A DNA stretch of 58,404 bases from Pseudomonadota bacterium (GTDB lineage Bacteria; Bdellovibrionota; Bdellovibrionia; Bdellovibrionales; SG-bin7), in contig JAWXAY010000052.1 in NCBI GenBank assembly GCA_034439715.1, positions 1 to 58,404 on the forward strand, given 5' to 3'. A program made the translations under genes and the position numbers. Positions 58,211 through 58,404 of the stretch are shown here, piece by piece. Numbering within the stretch: position 1 is the stretch's first letter; each line of letters begins with the position of its first letter. The notes under the pieces are model-generated. The model was not told where the DNA came from, made no database searches, and saw only the letters and a program-made list of their open reading frames with translations.

Positions 58211-58404
58211 TTATCTGCGTCGTCGAATTACTCTTTGTAGTCGTAAAGACGATAACAACATCAGCGGGAAAAAGAATAGTGACAACACGAGACTAATATA
58301 GAGACCAGTTGTGCCGCTCGCATTGCCACTACCACCGCCACCTTTAAACCCAGTGGCTACAAATCCACAAGAATTCATACTAGGTAATTCTTTAGCTGTG
58401 GAAC
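58211..58404 (-). CDS. 3' end of a gene entering from the right edge, with a C-terminal sorting-like signal
   Basis: ...SCGFVATGFKGGGGSGNASGTTGLYISLVLSLFFFPLMLLSSLRLQRVIRRRR*: Cys-Gly, Gly run, TM helix, Arg cluster. Confidence 0.6.
   Translation of the reverse strand, partial: STAKELPSMNSCGFVATGFKGGGGSGNASGTTGLYISLVLSLFFFPLMLLSSLRLQRVIRRRR

Overview
Bacterial chromosomal window, most likely Bdellovibrionota. This is inferred from an FQNC-type lipoprotein, a TIGR02147-like HTH protein and the gene order. The first ~34.7 kb hold secreted proteins (S8 protease, a tandem lipoprotein pair), housekeeping genes, a bamA-skp-fabZ-lpxA-gnnA-lpxB-lpxK-lpxL envelope cluster, ribF, a degenerate aroE-like gene and pilB-pilT-pilC-pilS-pilR. 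After pilR, a tRNA-Arg(CCT) carries a 6,537-bp integrated element (34791-41336) with a large serine recombinase (LSR). The main discovery is that the att site lies inside the LSR reading frame. In the integrated state the enzyme ends in a 31-aa tail encoded largely by the antisense strand of the tRNA. Excision would fuse it in frame to an orphan 69-aa HTH-like module at the far end of the element, with a further 56-aa ORF coupled to that module. The reconstructed attP has a 9-bp perfect inverted repeat centred on a TC dinucleotide. An intrinsic-terminator-like hairpin sits inside the LSR ORF just before the att site. The rest of the window holds accessory secreted proteins (several behind sigma-54 promoters), an S1/P1 nuclease, a DEAD-box helicase, an M16 peptidase, MFS transporters, nfeD-stomatin and a SpoIID/LytB protein. 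All assignments come from motif recognition only; no searches were run.
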